Assembly (NCBI GenBank): GCA_018818205.1
Contig: JAHISJ010000013.1
Location: 16,661-80,660 of the forward strand
Direction: 5' to 3'
From: Patescibacteria group bacterium
GTDB lineage: Bacteria > Patescibacteriota > JABMPQ01 > JAHIRA01
DNA length: 64,000 bases
The position numbers were made by a program, and so were the translations under genes. Position 1 is the first letter of the stretch. The number at the start of each line of letters is the position of its first letter. Shown in pieces: positions 50,716 to 61,601 of this stretch. Under the pieces are notes generated by a model, which was given only the letters and a program-made list of their open reading frames with translations, was not told where the DNA came from and did no database searches.

Positions 50716-51655
50716 AATTGGAATAATTATCCTAAACTACAACGGTTTTAAAGACACTGTGGCTTGTGTTAATTCTCTTAAAAAGTCTATAGATACTGAT
50801 TTTGAAATTCTTTTAATTGATAACCATTCAGTAATAGATGAAGCTGCTAAATTAAGAAAAATATTTTCTGAGATAGAATGCATTAGAACACAAAAAAACT
50901 TAGGTTTTGCTGAAGGAAATAATGTAGGTATACGATATTTTTTAAATAAGGATGATATACATGCAATTATGCTTTTAAATAATGATACTGAAGTTAGTGA
51001 CAATCTCATATCAGAAATGAAGGTTGAGGTTGCCGGGGACAAAAAAGTAATGGTTGGGGTTTCTATTTATGCATATAAAGATCATAAAAGATTGGATAGT
51101 CAAGGGGTAGTCTTATATAAATCGTTTTTAGCAAATTCTGCAAAAGAGGATGATCTTTCTTTTGCACCTAATGGGTGTTGTGCATTATTTCATCGAAACT
51201 TTTTTAAGGATATAGCAATTAATAACGAATATTTAGATAAAGACTTCTTTTGTTATGGAGAGGATGTTGACATTGGAATACGAGGCAGACTTTGTGGCTA
51301 CAAATCAAGGATTGTGAAAAGTGCCCAAGTGTTCCATAAGGGTTCTGCTACTGCCATAACTATGTCTGATTTCTCTGTTTTCTATGGTCATCGAAACAAT
51401 GTTTTATATGTTTTTAAGTCAATGCCCCTTTGGTTATTAATAAAGAAGTTACCGTATTTTATTGTTGGCCAAATTGCAACACTTGTTTATTATTTGAAGA
51501 TTAGGCGTCCTACAATTTTCATGAAAGCTAAATGGGATAGCCTAAAATTTCTTCCAAGAATGATTAAAAAAAGAAAGTTTGTCATGAGAAAAAGAGTCAT
51601 TTCTACGAGAGATCTCGAAAGTTATCTAGACAATAAATTATTCCATGCAAGATAA
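50702..51655 (+). CDS. glycosyltransferase family 2
   Basis: IGIIILNYNGFKDTVACVNSL, GFAEGNNVG, LLNNDT; start moved to 50702. Confidence 0.75.
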   Translation: MKNTRIGIIILNYNGFKDTVACVNSLKKSIDTDFEILLIDNHSVIDEAAKLRKIFSEIECIRTQKNLGFAEGNNVGIRYFLNKDDIHAIMLLNNDTEVSDNLISEMKVEVAGDKKVMVGVSIYAYKDHKRLDSQGVVLYKSFLANSAKEDDLSFAPNGCCALFHRNFFKDIAINNEYLDKDFFCYGEDVDIGIRGRLCGYKSRIVKSAQVFHKGSATAITMSDFSVFYGHRNNVLYVFKSMPLWLLIKKLPYFIVGQIATLVYYLKIRRPTIFMKAKWDSLKFLPRMIKKRKFVMRKRVISTRDLESYLDNKLFHAR

Positions 51656-52784
51656 GAAAAGAATTGCCATAGTAAGAGGCACTAAACTTTCCAAAGTAGA
51701 GTGTCAAACATACGAACCTCTTTTAGATGCTTTCGTTATTGATGGTATCGTTGCAAAGCCAAATTCTGTAGATTTTTCCTCAGAGCTGAGCATCGGTATA
51801 AAAGAATTTTTTTCCCCTTCTTATTTTTTTGAGAAGCTTGGGTTTGATGTACAGTATCTTCTGGGTGCTTCAACGGGTTTATCAAATTATGATTTAGTAT
51901 TAACACCTGAACTATCATCGGTAAGTACATGGCATGGAATGAAAGCAAAAGAAAAAAATCCAAAGATGATTATAGCTACTTTGGTATGGGAAAATATTCC
52001 TTTTGTGCATGAAAACTATTCTATTCAAAAGAAGATAAAAAAGCGAGCTCTAAAGGAAGTCGATCATTTTATTGCAGTAACAAAAAGAGCAGAGTTTGCT
52101 TTGCGTAAAGAAGGAGTGTCAAAAGATAAGATTAGCGTTATTCCAGTAGGAATCGATGTCAAAAGATTTATACCCCAAGGCAAAGATACCGCGCTTATGA
52201 GTAAGTATGAGCTAGCCGAAAGCGATTTTGTTATTCTAACTTCAGCAAGAAATGTTTGGGAGAAGGGCATTCAGGACATAATCATTGGCTCATCAAGCCT
52301 GCTAAAAAAACACAAAGAGGCTAAGATTTTAATCCTTGGTGCAGGTCCTTTGCATCAGGCGTATCTGGATCTTTCCGCTCGTCTTGGTATTAAAAATCAG
52401 ATTAGAATTGTTGGTAAAGTTCCATATGATGAGGTTCCAAAATTCTATAATCTTGCTGACATTTTTGCTTTACTTAGTATTCCAGTTCCAAGTTGGCAAG
52501 AACAGTTTGGGATGGTTTTGGTTGAAAATATGTCTTCAGGAAATGCGATCATTACTACAAATACTGGATCTATTCCGGAAGTAGTCGGCGATGCTGCATA
52601 TCTTATAGGTCCTTCAGATCCTTATTTGCTTGGACAGAAAGTTGAATTCCTTCATTCAAATTTGGATGAAAGAATGAGACTTGGAGGGGTCGCTCGGAGG
52701 AGAGCTCTTGAACATTTTTCCCTTGAATTGATCTCTGAAAGATTTAAAGAAATTTTTCAAAAACTTTTATATATCCAACAATGA
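51645..52784 (+). CDS. glycosyltransferase family 4
   Basis: QEQFGMVLVENMSSGNAIITTNTGSIPEVV. Confidence 0.75.
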   Translation: MQDKKRIAIVRGTKLSKVECQTYEPLLDAFVIDGIVAKPNSVDFSSELSIGIKEFFSPSYFFEKLGFDVQYLLGASTGLSNYDLVLTPELSSVSTWHGMKAKEKNPKMIIATLVWENIPFVHENYSIQKKIKKRALKEVDHFIAVTKRAEFALRKEGVSKDKISVIPVGIDVKRFIPQGKDTALMSKYELAESDFVILTSARNVWEKGIQDIIIGSSSLLKKHKEAKILILGAGPLHQAYLDLSARLGIKNQIRIVGKVPYDEVPKFYNLADIFALLSIPVPSWQEQFGMVLVENMSSGNAIITTNTGSIPEVVGDAAYLIGPSDPYLLGQKVEFLHSNLDERMRLGGVARRRALEHFSLELISERFKEIFQKLLYIQQ

Positions 52785-54262
52785 AGGTGAATTTTAAAAG
52801 GATGTTTCAGGTTTTAAGCGTTTTTTTCACTCTTTTGATTCTTGGATATGCCGGGGTCTACACAATCAATTATTTTGGTTTTTTGGGATTTAAGGTAATT
52901 ACGTATAGTCCGGATTATTACTTTCTTAATGGAAATTCTTCTTTAGATGTATCAAAAAGTGGAGGCAAAACGTATTTGGAATTTGTAAAAAATGAGTTAG
53001 ATTTTAATTTGAATAAAAAGTTCAAGGAAGCTTATTTGGAAGTAAAAACTGATATGCCGAATGAAGTTTTTCAGGTCGAGCAGCTCACTGATAAAGGCAA
53101 AGAGATGGATTCAATTATTCTAGGAGGGGAGTATATTTCTAATACTCAGTTTAGAAGAATACAAAATGGCGAAAATATTTTTTATACACTGGACAAAGAT
53201 TTAAATGTGAACGATAAAACATTTTCTGACTTGATTACTGAATCCTTAAAAGGTCAACAGGATATAGCGCTAACACGCCCAATTTCTGAAAATGATATCA
53301 ATTTGATGGCTTACAAACCAAGTGATAAAAAAACATTTTATAATCTTTTTTTACGGGGTCACCATAAGTTATTAGTATATGTAAAAGATGAAGTACTTGA
53401 TTTTGTATTTAATTACTATGATATTAATAGAAAAGAAGGTCCAGATAGATTTAATATTATTTTGAAAAAAAACGGAGTTTTTAAGGGTATTGTTCAGGAA
53501 GATGATCGTGAAATTAAAAATCAACAAAATGTACATATCAGTGTTCCTGACTTGGAAGAAGGTATTTACGAACTTGATATTGATATTAGCGATGATTTAA
53601 TAATCTCTGGCATAGAAACAAGTCAGAGTGAATTCGTGTTTAAGGATAATTTTTTCCCGGTTGAAAATATTGAATATAGTTCTATTCCTCAGATCATAAA
53701 TAATAAGGAATCGTCATTTTTTACTAATTCTGATTTTTTCTGGTTAAAAACGTTGCATGAAAACGGTGTACAAAAGGTTGAGGTGAATAGTCATGTTTTT
53801 GACTTAAAGGAGTATCCAAAAAAATATTTATTTTATGATTATTTAAACTATAGCGAGTGCAATGATTTTAAAGAAGAGAATAGTGTTTTTTGCTTTTTAC
53901 CAAGTAACGATCTAAATGAAATAGTACTTGAAAAGCAAAATGTGTTTTTAGATTTAGATGGTAAATACCTGGCTCTCGGGAACAATGCATTAATTCACGC
54001 TTTAAATTGGCGAGAAATCAACTTTGCTAACTTCAAAGAAGCTAAAACGATCATTACAAAACCATCACAAGGTTTTAGTAAGAACAAAGAGGGATATATT
54101 GTGTGGAATATTTTTAATGTTAATGATGCAGGTAAGCTCAAATATAGATTTAGTTCAGTAGATGAAAAAAGAACTAGGGTGAAAAGCATCCGATTTGTTT
54201 TTTACAATCCTGATTCAATTTTCTATCGTACCTATAAAAAGTTATTCTTGCATGATGAGTAA
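52781..54262 (+). CDS. membrane-anchored protein with large extracytoplasmic domain, unknown function
   Basis: Single N-terminal TM segment, then about 450-aa hydrophilic region. Confidence 0.5.
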   Translation: MKVNFKRMFQVLSVFFTLLILGYAGVYTINYFGFLGFKVITYSPDYYFLNGNSSLDVSKSGGKTYLEFVKNELDFNLNKKFKEAYLEVKTDMPNEVFQVEQLTDKGKEMDSIILGGEYISNTQFRRIQNGENIFYTLDKDLNVNDKTFSDLITESLKGQQDIALTRPISENDINLMAYKPSDKKTFYNLFLRGHHKLLVYVKDEVLDFVFNYYDINRKEGPDRFNIILKKNGVFKGIVQEDDREIKNQQNVHISVPDLEEGIYELDIDISDDLIISGIETSQSEFVFKDNFFPVENIEYSSIPQIINNKESSFFTNSDFFWLKTLHENGVQKVEVNSHVFDLKEYPKKYLFYDYLNYSECNDFKEENSVFCFLPSNDLNEIVLEKQNVFLDLDGKYLALGNNALIHALNWREINFANFKEAKTIITKPSQGFSKNKEGYIVWNIFNVNDAGKLKYRFSSVDEKRTRVKSIRFVFYNPDSIFYRTYKKLFLHDE

Positions 54263-54641
54263 AAAAATATTTTTTAAGAAAATAGTTGATCTAATTGTAT
54301 TTTTATCTTTTGTTCTTCTCGTTTTCTTTGTTTTTATGAATTTCTTTTTTGCTAGTTTTGCGAGCAAAATATTCATTAATAATTTAACAATTGTTGTATT
54401 GGTTCTTTTGGTAATTCAAGCAATAATGTCCTATTTTATTCAAAATAATAGCCAAAGTAAACATTCTCGTGTTTTTGATAGAGCAATGATTTTACTTGTG
54501 TTTCTTACTTGTTTAGTAGTAATAGTAAAATTGTATATCGACCTTGAAACAAAGTTATTCGTGGTTTCACTGGTGTTGGCTTTTGTACTCCTATCTTTTT
54601 TATATGTTAAGGAATTTCATGTTTCTAAAAAAGTACAGTAA
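54252..54641 (+). CDS. small 4-TM membrane protein
   Basis: Start set at 54252; hydrophobicity pattern. Confidence 0.4.
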   Translation: MMSKKIFFKKIVDLIVFLSFVLLVFFVFMNFFFASFASKIFINNLTIVVLVLLVIQAIMSYFIQNNSQSKHSRVFDRAMILLVFLTCLVVIVKLYIDLETKLFVVSLVLAFVLLSFLYVKEFHVSKKVQ

Positions 54642-56142
54642 ACTTTTTTTATTTGGTTTTTTATTACTATTTGTAAGTAGTTTCTATATTACTCAATATA
54701 GAGATTTTTTTGAACCAATAACGACCGATGGTATTAGGGTAGCTCTTGGTGCGGAACGGTTAATAGAAAAAGGTGAAATTCAGCCTGATTATGAGGTTCT
54801 AGGTGGAACTGCGAATGTTGAAGCGCGCGGTTCCTTGTATCCTTTTATACAAATAAATGTAGCTATTCTCTCAGATATCAGTGGGATTTCGACGTATCAT
54901 GCGATTTTTTTGTTTTATTTGATTATTTTTGTTATTTTAGCATTAACGCTCTATATATTATTAGGTCGATTTACAAAGAGTCGAGAGACACAGATTATTT
55001 CCTTCTTATTATCTATTCTATTTTTGCCTCTTTTGCGATCAATACTATTAACTCCTCAAAACTTAATTGGGTATTTGTTGATTGTGACGATTATAAATCT
55101 TCTTTTTTTAGTGCAAGGGAAGAAGTTGCTTCTTCTCCTTTTTATGATTATAGGTTGTATGGCTTTCTACCATCATCTGACTCTCTTTATTGTGCTTATT
55201 TTTTTGTTTGTATACTTGATAACTGGTAAGCATTTTAGCAAACTGTTGGTTTTTTTTGTTATTAGCCTTGCTGCCGTATTCTTGGCAAGTAAGATTTTAT
55301 TAGGGTCATATGATATTCTATTTTTTGTAAAGAGTATTTTTAGTAGTTTTTTCTCTCCATCTGAGCTCGATTATTTCAATTTGAATACACCACTTGATTT
55401 TCCTTATGTACTTGGAATTTACCAGACACTTTTAGGTATTTTTGGAGCGTTAATTTTGGCACTTAGTAGAAAAAAGTTTGTAATGGGTTATCATATAGCT
55501 ATTTCTCTGGGTTTTGTAATATTATTTCTTTCGAATATTTTATTTTTTGGTATTGGATTTCACCCGGATAGATTTTTAAACTATCTTTTTATTCCTCTGG
55601 CACTTTGCATTCCGCTGTGTATTGATTTTATAAAAAATATTTTCTTCGTAAAGCGGCGGCTCATTGCGACTGGACTATGTGCGTTTATTATTATTGTTTC
55701 CTTTGTTCAGAATGTAAGTGTTTCCGCTCATGAGCAAAGTTATTTTGGTGAAACTTTTATTCTTTCAAGGGGAGAGTTAGAAGCTGCTGAATTTCTGAAG
55801 AAAAAAATGAGTGATACTGAAGTTGTACTTATAGCTTCAAGAGAAAGAACTAGGAAGGCGGATTCATATGCACGTTATTTGGGGAATAAAAAGACACTAA
55901 TTTTTGATGAACCTTCTTTAGCTTCTATTCCTCAAAAGAATGAACAAAGTCTTCGGTTTGATATATGGCAAATGACAGTTTTCCCTTCCATTAAAAACTC
56001 AGAAGATTTGTTTAAGAAATATGGTGTTGAATTTTTCTTGTTTCCTGCTGGTTCAAAAGAAAGAATTGCATTTGAAAATTTTTCGTATGTGATAATACTA
56101 TTTGAAAATGAAAATGTTGTTATTTTTGCAAAAAAGAAATAA
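54619..56142 (+). CDS. polytopic membrane protein (about 13 TM helices), GT-C-like or polymerase-like candidate
   Basis: Start set at 54619; first extracytoplasmic loop after TM1; no recognisable soluble domain. Confidence 0.45.
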   Translation: MFLKKYSKLFLFGFLLLFVSSFYITQYRDFFEPITTDGIRVALGAERLIEKGEIQPDYEVLGGTANVEARGSLYPFIQINVAILSDISGISTYHAIFLFYLIIFVILALTLYILLGRFTKSRETQIISFLLSILFLPLLRSILLTPQNLIGYLLIVTIINLLFLVQGKKLLLLLFMIIGCMAFYHHLTLFIVLIFLFVYLITGKHFSKLLVFFVISLAAVFLASKILLGSYDILFFVKSIFSSFFSPSELDYFNLNTPLDFPYVLGIYQTLLGIFGALILALSRKKFVMGYHIAISLGFVILFLSNILFFGIGFHPDRFLNYLFIPLALCIPLCIDFIKNIFFVKRRLIATGLCAFIIIVSFVQNVSVSAHEQSYFGETFILSRGELEAAEFLKKKMSDTEVVLIASRERTRKADSYARYLGNKKTLIFDEPSLASIPQKNEQSLRFDIWQMTVFPSIKNSEDLFKKYGVEFFLFPAGSKERIAFENFSYVIILFENENVVIFAKKK

Positions 56143-56368
56143 AGTATTAAATATTCTCACTCGTTTATTTACTTCATTGCTTTTTTTGCTTGGATTGAGT
56201 ATTATTATTGCTCCTGGAAGCGTACAAGGGAAATGGTTGTTAGGAGATATTTATATTCAAGTTAAAGATGGTTTTTATACTGTATTACCTGCTACTTTTA
56301 TTGTTTTTTATACTAGCTTGCTTGTAGGAATTATTATTGTATTAATCTATAAATATGAAAAAAAGTGA
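56102..56368 (+). CDS. small membrane protein (88 aa)
   Basis: Two TM helices; weak support. Confidence 0.3.
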   Translation: MKMKMLLFLQKRNKVLNILTRLFTSLLFLLGLSIIIAPGSVQGKWLLGDIYIQVKDGFYTVLPATFIVFYTSLLVGIIIVLIYKYEKK

Positions 56369-56744
56369 CTTTTTTTATGACATAGCATTGTACCCTTTAA
56401 CCTTTACTGTTTTTCTTTTTTTTGCTTCAGTTCTATTGTTTAAGTTTGATTTTTTTCAAGGAATTTTAGTCTCTTTGTTTTTTATCCTTTTCCTATATTT
56501 ACCCGGGCTTCTTTTTTTTAAAATTATTTTTGGAACGAAATTTAAAAACCTGAATCTTTTTGCTTTCTCGGTTGTATTTTCTTTGTTAATCGTTCCACCA
56601 ATTGTTTTTTTTACATTAAGGACAGGATTGCTATTTAATCTCCTTAACTCTGTGTTAATCATAGGTGTTGTTTTGTTTTTAGAATCAGTTATTTTGATAA
56701 TAAAGAATGTCAGAGCAAAGAAGAAAATTAAAAGTCGGGATTGA
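56355..56744 (+). CDS. small 4-TM membrane protein (GtrA-like size and topology)
   Basis: 129 aa, four hydrophobic segments. Confidence 0.4.
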   Translation: MKKSDFFYDIALYPLTFTVFLFFASVLLFKFDFFQGILVSLFFILFLYLPGLLFFKIIFGTKFKNLNLFAFSVVFSLLIVPPIVFFTLRTGLLFNLLNSVLIIGVVLFLESVILIIKNVRAKKKIKSRD

Positions 56745-57843
56745 TGTTTCCGAAGCCTTTTTTGAAGGCTATGGGGGAGTTATTTTGTATGCAAAAGAAA
56801 TAATCAAGTCATTCATTGGCAGTGATGAATTTGATATTTTTTTATTTTCTTTTAAGAATATTCCCCTAAATGAAATGAAAAAATTATCAGATGTCTCAGT
56901 GTACATTTCTCCAATTCACATCGAGACTCTTTGGGATTTAATAATATTGCCAGTTCAAATTAAGATAAAGAGAATTGATGTTTTCCTTTCATTAACACAT
57001 AATGGTCCATTCTTTGTTCCATCATCAACAAGATATATCTGCGTTATTCATGATGTGGCATATAGATTTTTTCCTCAAAGCTTTAAATTAAGAGAACGTT
57101 TTTTTCATAATCTAGGGATTAAAAGAGCGTTACGAATATCGGATCAAGTCATTGTAGATTCAAAAAACACCAAAAATGATTTGATTACATTGTATAATTA
57201 TCCGGAAGAAAAGATTACTCCGATTTATCTTGGAATCAAGAAAAACGTTCAAATTTTTAAATTGCGTGAAAAGCAGGAAGTTCTTAAGAAGTTCGGCATA
57301 AGTGATAGATTTATGCTATTTGTCGGAAATATATCTCCGAGAAAAAATTTGTCAAAAGTAATTGAAGCATATAAAAAATTACCGAAAGACTTAGGATACC
57401 AGTTAGTTATTGTTGGGGCCAGAGGATATAAGGCGGACTCGGAGATTAAAAAAAATGCAACAGAGAACGCTGATATCATTATTTTACATGCGGTTAATTC
57501 TTTTGAAATGGAAGTTATTTATCGAGCCGCCTCACTTTTAGTGTTTATGTCTCTTTATGAAGGCTTTGGTCTTCCATTACTTGAAGCAATGGCATGTGGA
57601 ACTCCTGTGCTTACTTCGAATGTTTCTTCTATGCCCGAGGTTGCGAAAGACGCAGCACTATATGTTGAAGATCCAAACGACTCTAGTGAAATTTCATTGA
57701 AAATGCAATATATATTGCGTGACAAAAAGCTACAGTCTAAACTTATTAGTAATGGATACAAGAGAGTTAAGGACTTCTCTTGGAAAAAATGTGCGCATGA
57801 AGCAACACAAGTAATAAATAATGTTTATAGAAATAATGAATAG
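56707..57843 (+). CDS. glycosyltransferase family 4
   Basis: [31 protein letters not shown]. Confidence 0.8.
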   Translation: MSEQRRKLKVGIDVSEAFFEGYGGVILYAKEIIKSFIGSDEFDIFLFSFKNIPLNEMKKLSDVSVYISPIHIETLWDLIILPVQIKIKRIDVFLSLTHNGPFFVPSSTRYICVIHDVAYRFFPQSFKLRERFFHNLGIKRALRISDQVIVDSKNTKNDLITLYNYPEEKITPIYLGIKKNVQIFKLREKQEVLKKFGISDRFMLFVGNISPRKNLSKVIEAYKKLPKDLGYQLVIVGARGYKADSEIKKNATENADIIILHAVNSFEMEVIYRAASLLVFMSLYEGFGLPLLEAMACGTPVLTSNVSSMPEVAKDAALYVEDPNDSSEISLKMQYILRDKKLQSKLISNGYKRVKDFSWKKCAHEATQVINNVYRNNE

Positions 57844-58969
57844 AAAGTTACGAATTGGAATAGACGCAAGACCGCTATTTGTAGAAAAAAAGACAGGAAT
57901 CGAAGTGTATTTAACTAATTTACTTAGAGAGCTTAGGGAGGTTGATACACAGAATGAGTATTTACTCTTTACTCACAAAATAGATTCCAAAAATATAGTA
58001 GAAAGTAATAATTTTAAGTATATTACAGTAAACGGCCCAAATTTTGCTTGGCCTCAACTTTCCTTGGCAAGATATCTAAAAAAGAACCAAGATGACATAG
58101 ATGTATGCTTGTTCACGCATCATTCAATTCCTTTGCGTTCTCCAGTAAAAACAGTTGCGGTGATTCTTGATCTGGCTTTTATTGATTATAAAGAATATTT
58201 TCCTTACTTTTCATATTTATTAAACACAAAGCTAACGACAAATTTTACCGTTAAAAAGGCAGATCATTTAGTAGCTATTTCCCAGCAAACTAAAAAAGAT
58301 ATTCTTACACATTATCAGGTAGATGAAAAGAAAATTGATGTAATTTATTTGGGGTTCAACTCAAAAAAATACCATCCTAGAGGTTCTGTAGAAATCAGTT
58401 CAGTTTTGAATAAATATCACATAAAAAATGATTATGTTTTGTATGTAGGTACTATGCAGAAAAGGAAGAATTTGATTAATTTACTTAAAGCTTTTGCAGT
58501 AGTAAAAAAATCAAAACCATCAATGCAAATGGTTTTTGCAGGGAAAAAAGGTTGGTTTTTTGAAGAAATTCAGGAAACTGTCAGGAAAGAAAAATTGGTA
58601 GATTCGGTAATGTTCCTTGGCTATGTTCCAGAGAATGATTTACCTGCGTTATATTCAGGATCAAAAGTCTTTGCTTTAGTTTCTTTATATGAAGGCTTTG
58701 GGATTCCTTTGCTTGAAGCAATGGCCTGTGGATGCCCGGTAATTACCAGTAATATTTCCTCGCTTCCCGAGGTCGCAGGTGATGCAGGTGTTTTAATACA
58801 TAATCCTCACGATTATGAAGAGATAGCGAAAAAACTCATTCATGTGTTATCAGATCAAAAATTGTTAAGTGAGATGTCAAAAAAAAGTCTTAGTAGGGCA
58901 AAAGAATTTAGTTGGAAGAAATGTGCTGCTGAGACCTTAAATACTCTAACTCATGTTGCTAACTCATAG
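57836..58969 (+). CDS. glycosyltransferase family 4 (tandem paralogue of the preceding gene)
   Basis: [14 protein letters not shown]...[31 protein letters not shown]; start set at 57836. Confidence 0.8.
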   Translation: MNRKLRIGIDARPLFVEKKTGIEVYLTNLLRELREVDTQNEYLLFTHKIDSKNIVESNNFKYITVNGPNFAWPQLSLARYLKKNQDDIDVCLFTHHSIPLRSPVKTVAVILDLAFIDYKEYFPYFSYLLNTKLTTNFTVKKADHLVAISQQTKKDILTHYQVDEKKIDVIYLGFNSKKYHPRGSVEISSVLNKYHIKNDYVLYVGTMQKRKNLINLLKAFAVVKKSKPSMQMVFAGKKGWFFEEIQETVRKEKLVDSVMFLGYVPENDLPALYSGSKVFALVSLYEGFGIPLLEAMACGCPVITSNISSLPEVAGDAGVLIHNPHDYEEIAKKLIHVLSDQKLLSEMSKKSLSRAKEFSWKKCAAETLNTLTHVANS

Positions 58970-59924
58970 ATGTCTTGATTGAGTAGTATAAAAATAAAAT
59001 TGGTGAGAGGAGATGGACAGGTGTATCAGCAATGAGATTTTGTAAAATGCTTCTTATACCTTTTGCTTGCCTACCGTTTGCGTTGAAAAAATATATTAGT
59101 CCAATAGTGGCAAAAATTCCTAGATATTGCCATGTAATTATTGACGCTACGAATAGTGCTAGGCTCCCATAAATAACTAGTGTTTGAATTCCAATGTAGG
59201 TATTAATTGGAGACCCAAAATTCTCTTTAAATACTTTTGGGGTTTTTTTGTAAAAATACAAATCCATAAGAATTCTTGTTTTAAGCTTCTTTAGTTCTGC
59301 AAAGAAGGATATCTCTCTTGGAGGATGAAGAACATAGACTTCAGGAGCAAAAATAATTTTGCCGATTTTTTTAACTCTCAGTGCGAAATCGGAATCTTCT
59401 CTGTGCATCAATGTAAAACCCTCATCAAAAAATCCCGCTTTTTCAATAATTTCTTTAACATATGCTACGTTGCAGGTAATGTATAAATCCCCCGAAGTGT
59501 TTTGAACGGAATGCGTACCAAGAAAGTTTTTATTGGAAGTTACGACACATCCTTCAATACCGACTATTTCTGGATAATCATCAAAATATCTGTTAATCAT
59601 TTCGATCCAATAATGACTGGGAAGACAATCGTCATCGGTAAAGGCTATTATTTCCCCAGAAGCATTTTTGATTCCAGTGTTTCGAGCTTTTGCCGCTCTT
59701 CCGTTTTCTTGGTATATATATTTTAGGTTAAGATCCGTTTCTTTTTTTATTTTTTGTATTTGTTTAGCCGTATTGTCCGTTGACCCATCATCAACAACAA
59801 TAACTTCAAAATTGTTCTTTGGAAATGACTGATTCTCTAGCGCGTGAAGGACGTGTGTCAGTTTTTCTTCTCTATTAAAGGTTCCGATTACAACAGATAT
59901 TTTATACTTGTTTTGGTTGATCAT
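58959..59924 (-). CDS. glycosyltransferase family 2 with C-terminal TM helices
   Basis: ISVVIGTFNREEKL...VIVVDDGSTDNT. Confidence 0.8.
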   Translation of the reverse strand: MINQNKYKISVVIGTFNREEKLTHVLHALENQSFPKNNFEVIVVDDGSTDNTAKQIQKIKKETDLNLKYIYQENGRAAKARNTGIKNASGEIIAFTDDDCLPSHYWIEMINRYFDDYPEIVGIEGCVVTSNKNFLGTHSVQNTSGDLYITCNVAYVKEIIEKAGFFDEGFTLMHREDSDFALRVKKIGKIIFAPEVYVLHPPREISFFAELKKLKTRILMDLYFYKKTPKVFKENFGSPINTYIGIQTLVIYGSLALFVASIITWQYLGIFATIGLIYFFNANGRQAKGIRSILQNLIADTPVHLLSPILFLYYSIKTSMS

Positions 59925-61380
59925 TTTTACGGCTTGTTATTTTCTTAAAAATATCAATACTCTCAAGGAGTATTGATTTGTCAAAAAGTACTGCACAACC
60001 AAAGTAGATAAAAATTGAAACGACAATAATTACCAGGAGAATATAGATACTTGAAATAGTCATATTGTATTTTAACACTGTCAAAGAAATTCCCATTATA
60101 ATGCTTGGGAAAGAAATTCTTATCAGCAACATTAATGATTTTTTGATTCCTTCTTCAATAATTTTTGAACCATAATATAAGCTAATGAAGAATTGAACAA
60201 TAACAGGTAATGTTAATGCCAAGGCTGTGCCTTGCATACCATAAGACTTTGTTAACGGGTAGATTATTATTGCCATTAAGAGTAGTTGAAATAGAATAAT
60301 TCTAGAAAAAAGCTTGGTTTTTCCAACGGCCTTAATGACATCATGGACTACCCAAGTTATGGATCTAAGACATCCGTAAACAGAAATTATTTGGAGAGCA
60401 GGAATCATGGGGAGCCATTTTTCGCCAAAAACATATTTTGTGATTTCAGGAGCAAGGATTATCATTCCAACTGAAATGGGGATAGCAAGTAAGGCAATAA
60501 ATTGGATATTCTTATAGTAGGCTGACCTTAACACTTTTATATCGTTTCTGATTTTTGAAAAAGCTGGGAAAGATACTTGTTGAACAACTGCTGAAATACT
60601 AAGAGCAGGTAAGTTCGCGAGATTATATGAAAGGGTATAGTAACCTAAATCAACAGAACCTTTCATTCTACCAAGAACAAATTTATCACCTTGATCAATT
60701 GCTGTTAGAAAGATATCAGATTTAATAAGGTGTTTTCCATAGTTGAAAATTTGACTAAAAACTTTTTTGTCAAATGTTTGACTAGGTTTCCAAGGAGAAA
60801 GAATAAAAAACAAAATAGTATTTATCAAAACTCCTGATAAGTTACCAATAACAAGACTCCAAACGTGGAAATTATTTAGAGCAAGAACGACAGTAATGAG
60901 AATTGAAGAAATTGATGAAACTACCGTTGTCACTGAGATCCAGAAGAACTTAAATTTCTTTTGTAAAAGAGCCAAGCTTGTAAGTCCAAGATAATGAAGG
61001 ATAAATTGAAAAGAAAGAACTTGAATAACTAGCTTTGATTCCGGGCTTTTAAAAAAGTCTGCCAAATAAGGTGCTAGAAAAAACGTTAAGCTTGTATATA
61101 GAAGGCCAAGGATGACGTTAATATAAAAAACAGTATCAGCTGCTATTTTTATTTTCTCTCTTTGAAATATTAACGCATCTTTTATTCCAAGATTTCCAAG
61201 TATGCCAACAAAAGCAATTATGGTAGTCGCAATTGCAATTAACCCAAAATCATTTGGGTTAAGGATTCTCGCTAAAATTATTCCTGAAATCACAATAGCT
61301 GACTTTTGTATCAAGTGTGCGATTCCAACCCAAAAATAGCTTTTGGCAACTGTTGTCTTTAGTGACTTGATCTTATCCAT
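59902..61380 (-). CDS. Wzx-like oligosaccharide flippase (MOP superfamily polysaccharide biosynthesis protein)
   Basis: About 14 TM helices, typical Wzx N-terminus ...SGIILARILNPNDFGLIAIATTII... Confidence 0.75.
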   Translation of the reverse strand: MDKIKSLKTTVAKSYFWVGIAHLIQKSAIVISGIILARILNPNDFGLIAIATTIIAFVGILGNLGIKDALIFQREKIKIAADTVFYINVILGLLYTSLTFFLAPYLADFFKSPESKLVIQVLSFQFILHYLGLTSLALLQKKFKFFWISVTTVVSSISSILITVVLALNNFHVWSLVIGNLSGVLINTILFFILSPWKPSQTFDKKVFSQIFNYGKHLIKSDIFLTAIDQGDKFVLGRMKGSVDLGYYTLSYNLANLPALSISAVVQQVSFPAFSKIRNDIKVLRSAYYKNIQFIALLAIPISVGMIILAPEITKYVFGEKWLPMIPALQIISVYGCLRSITWVVHDVIKAVGKTKLFSRIILFQLLLMAIIIYPLTKSYGMQGTALALTLPVIVQFFISLYYGSKIIEEGIKKSLMLLIRISFPSIIMGISLTVLKYNMTISSIYILLVIIVVSIFIYFGCAVLFDKSILLESIDIFKKITSRKNDQPKQV

Positions 61381-61388
61381 GGCTTCTC

Positions 61389-61601
61389 TTACCTCTTCTT
61401 AAATATCAACATCACCCCAAAAAACAACACAATATACTTCAGAATATTCAAATCAAAATAGTCACTAATAAATCCCGGATTTAACGTATCAATAAGTAAA
61501 AATACAATAAAGGTGATACACGCTATAATAAAACAAAAAGTCGTGATATCAAAAATAAATGTAAGTGTAGGATTATCTGATTGTTCTTTGCTGTCCATCA
61601 T
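61389..61601 (-). CDS. small membrane protein (70 aa)
   Basis: Two TM helices; tightly packed between flanking genes. Confidence 0.3.
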   Translation of the reverse strand: MMDSKEQSDNPTLTFIFDITTFCFIIACITFIVFLLIDTLNPGFISDYFDLNILKYIVLFFGVMLIFKKR

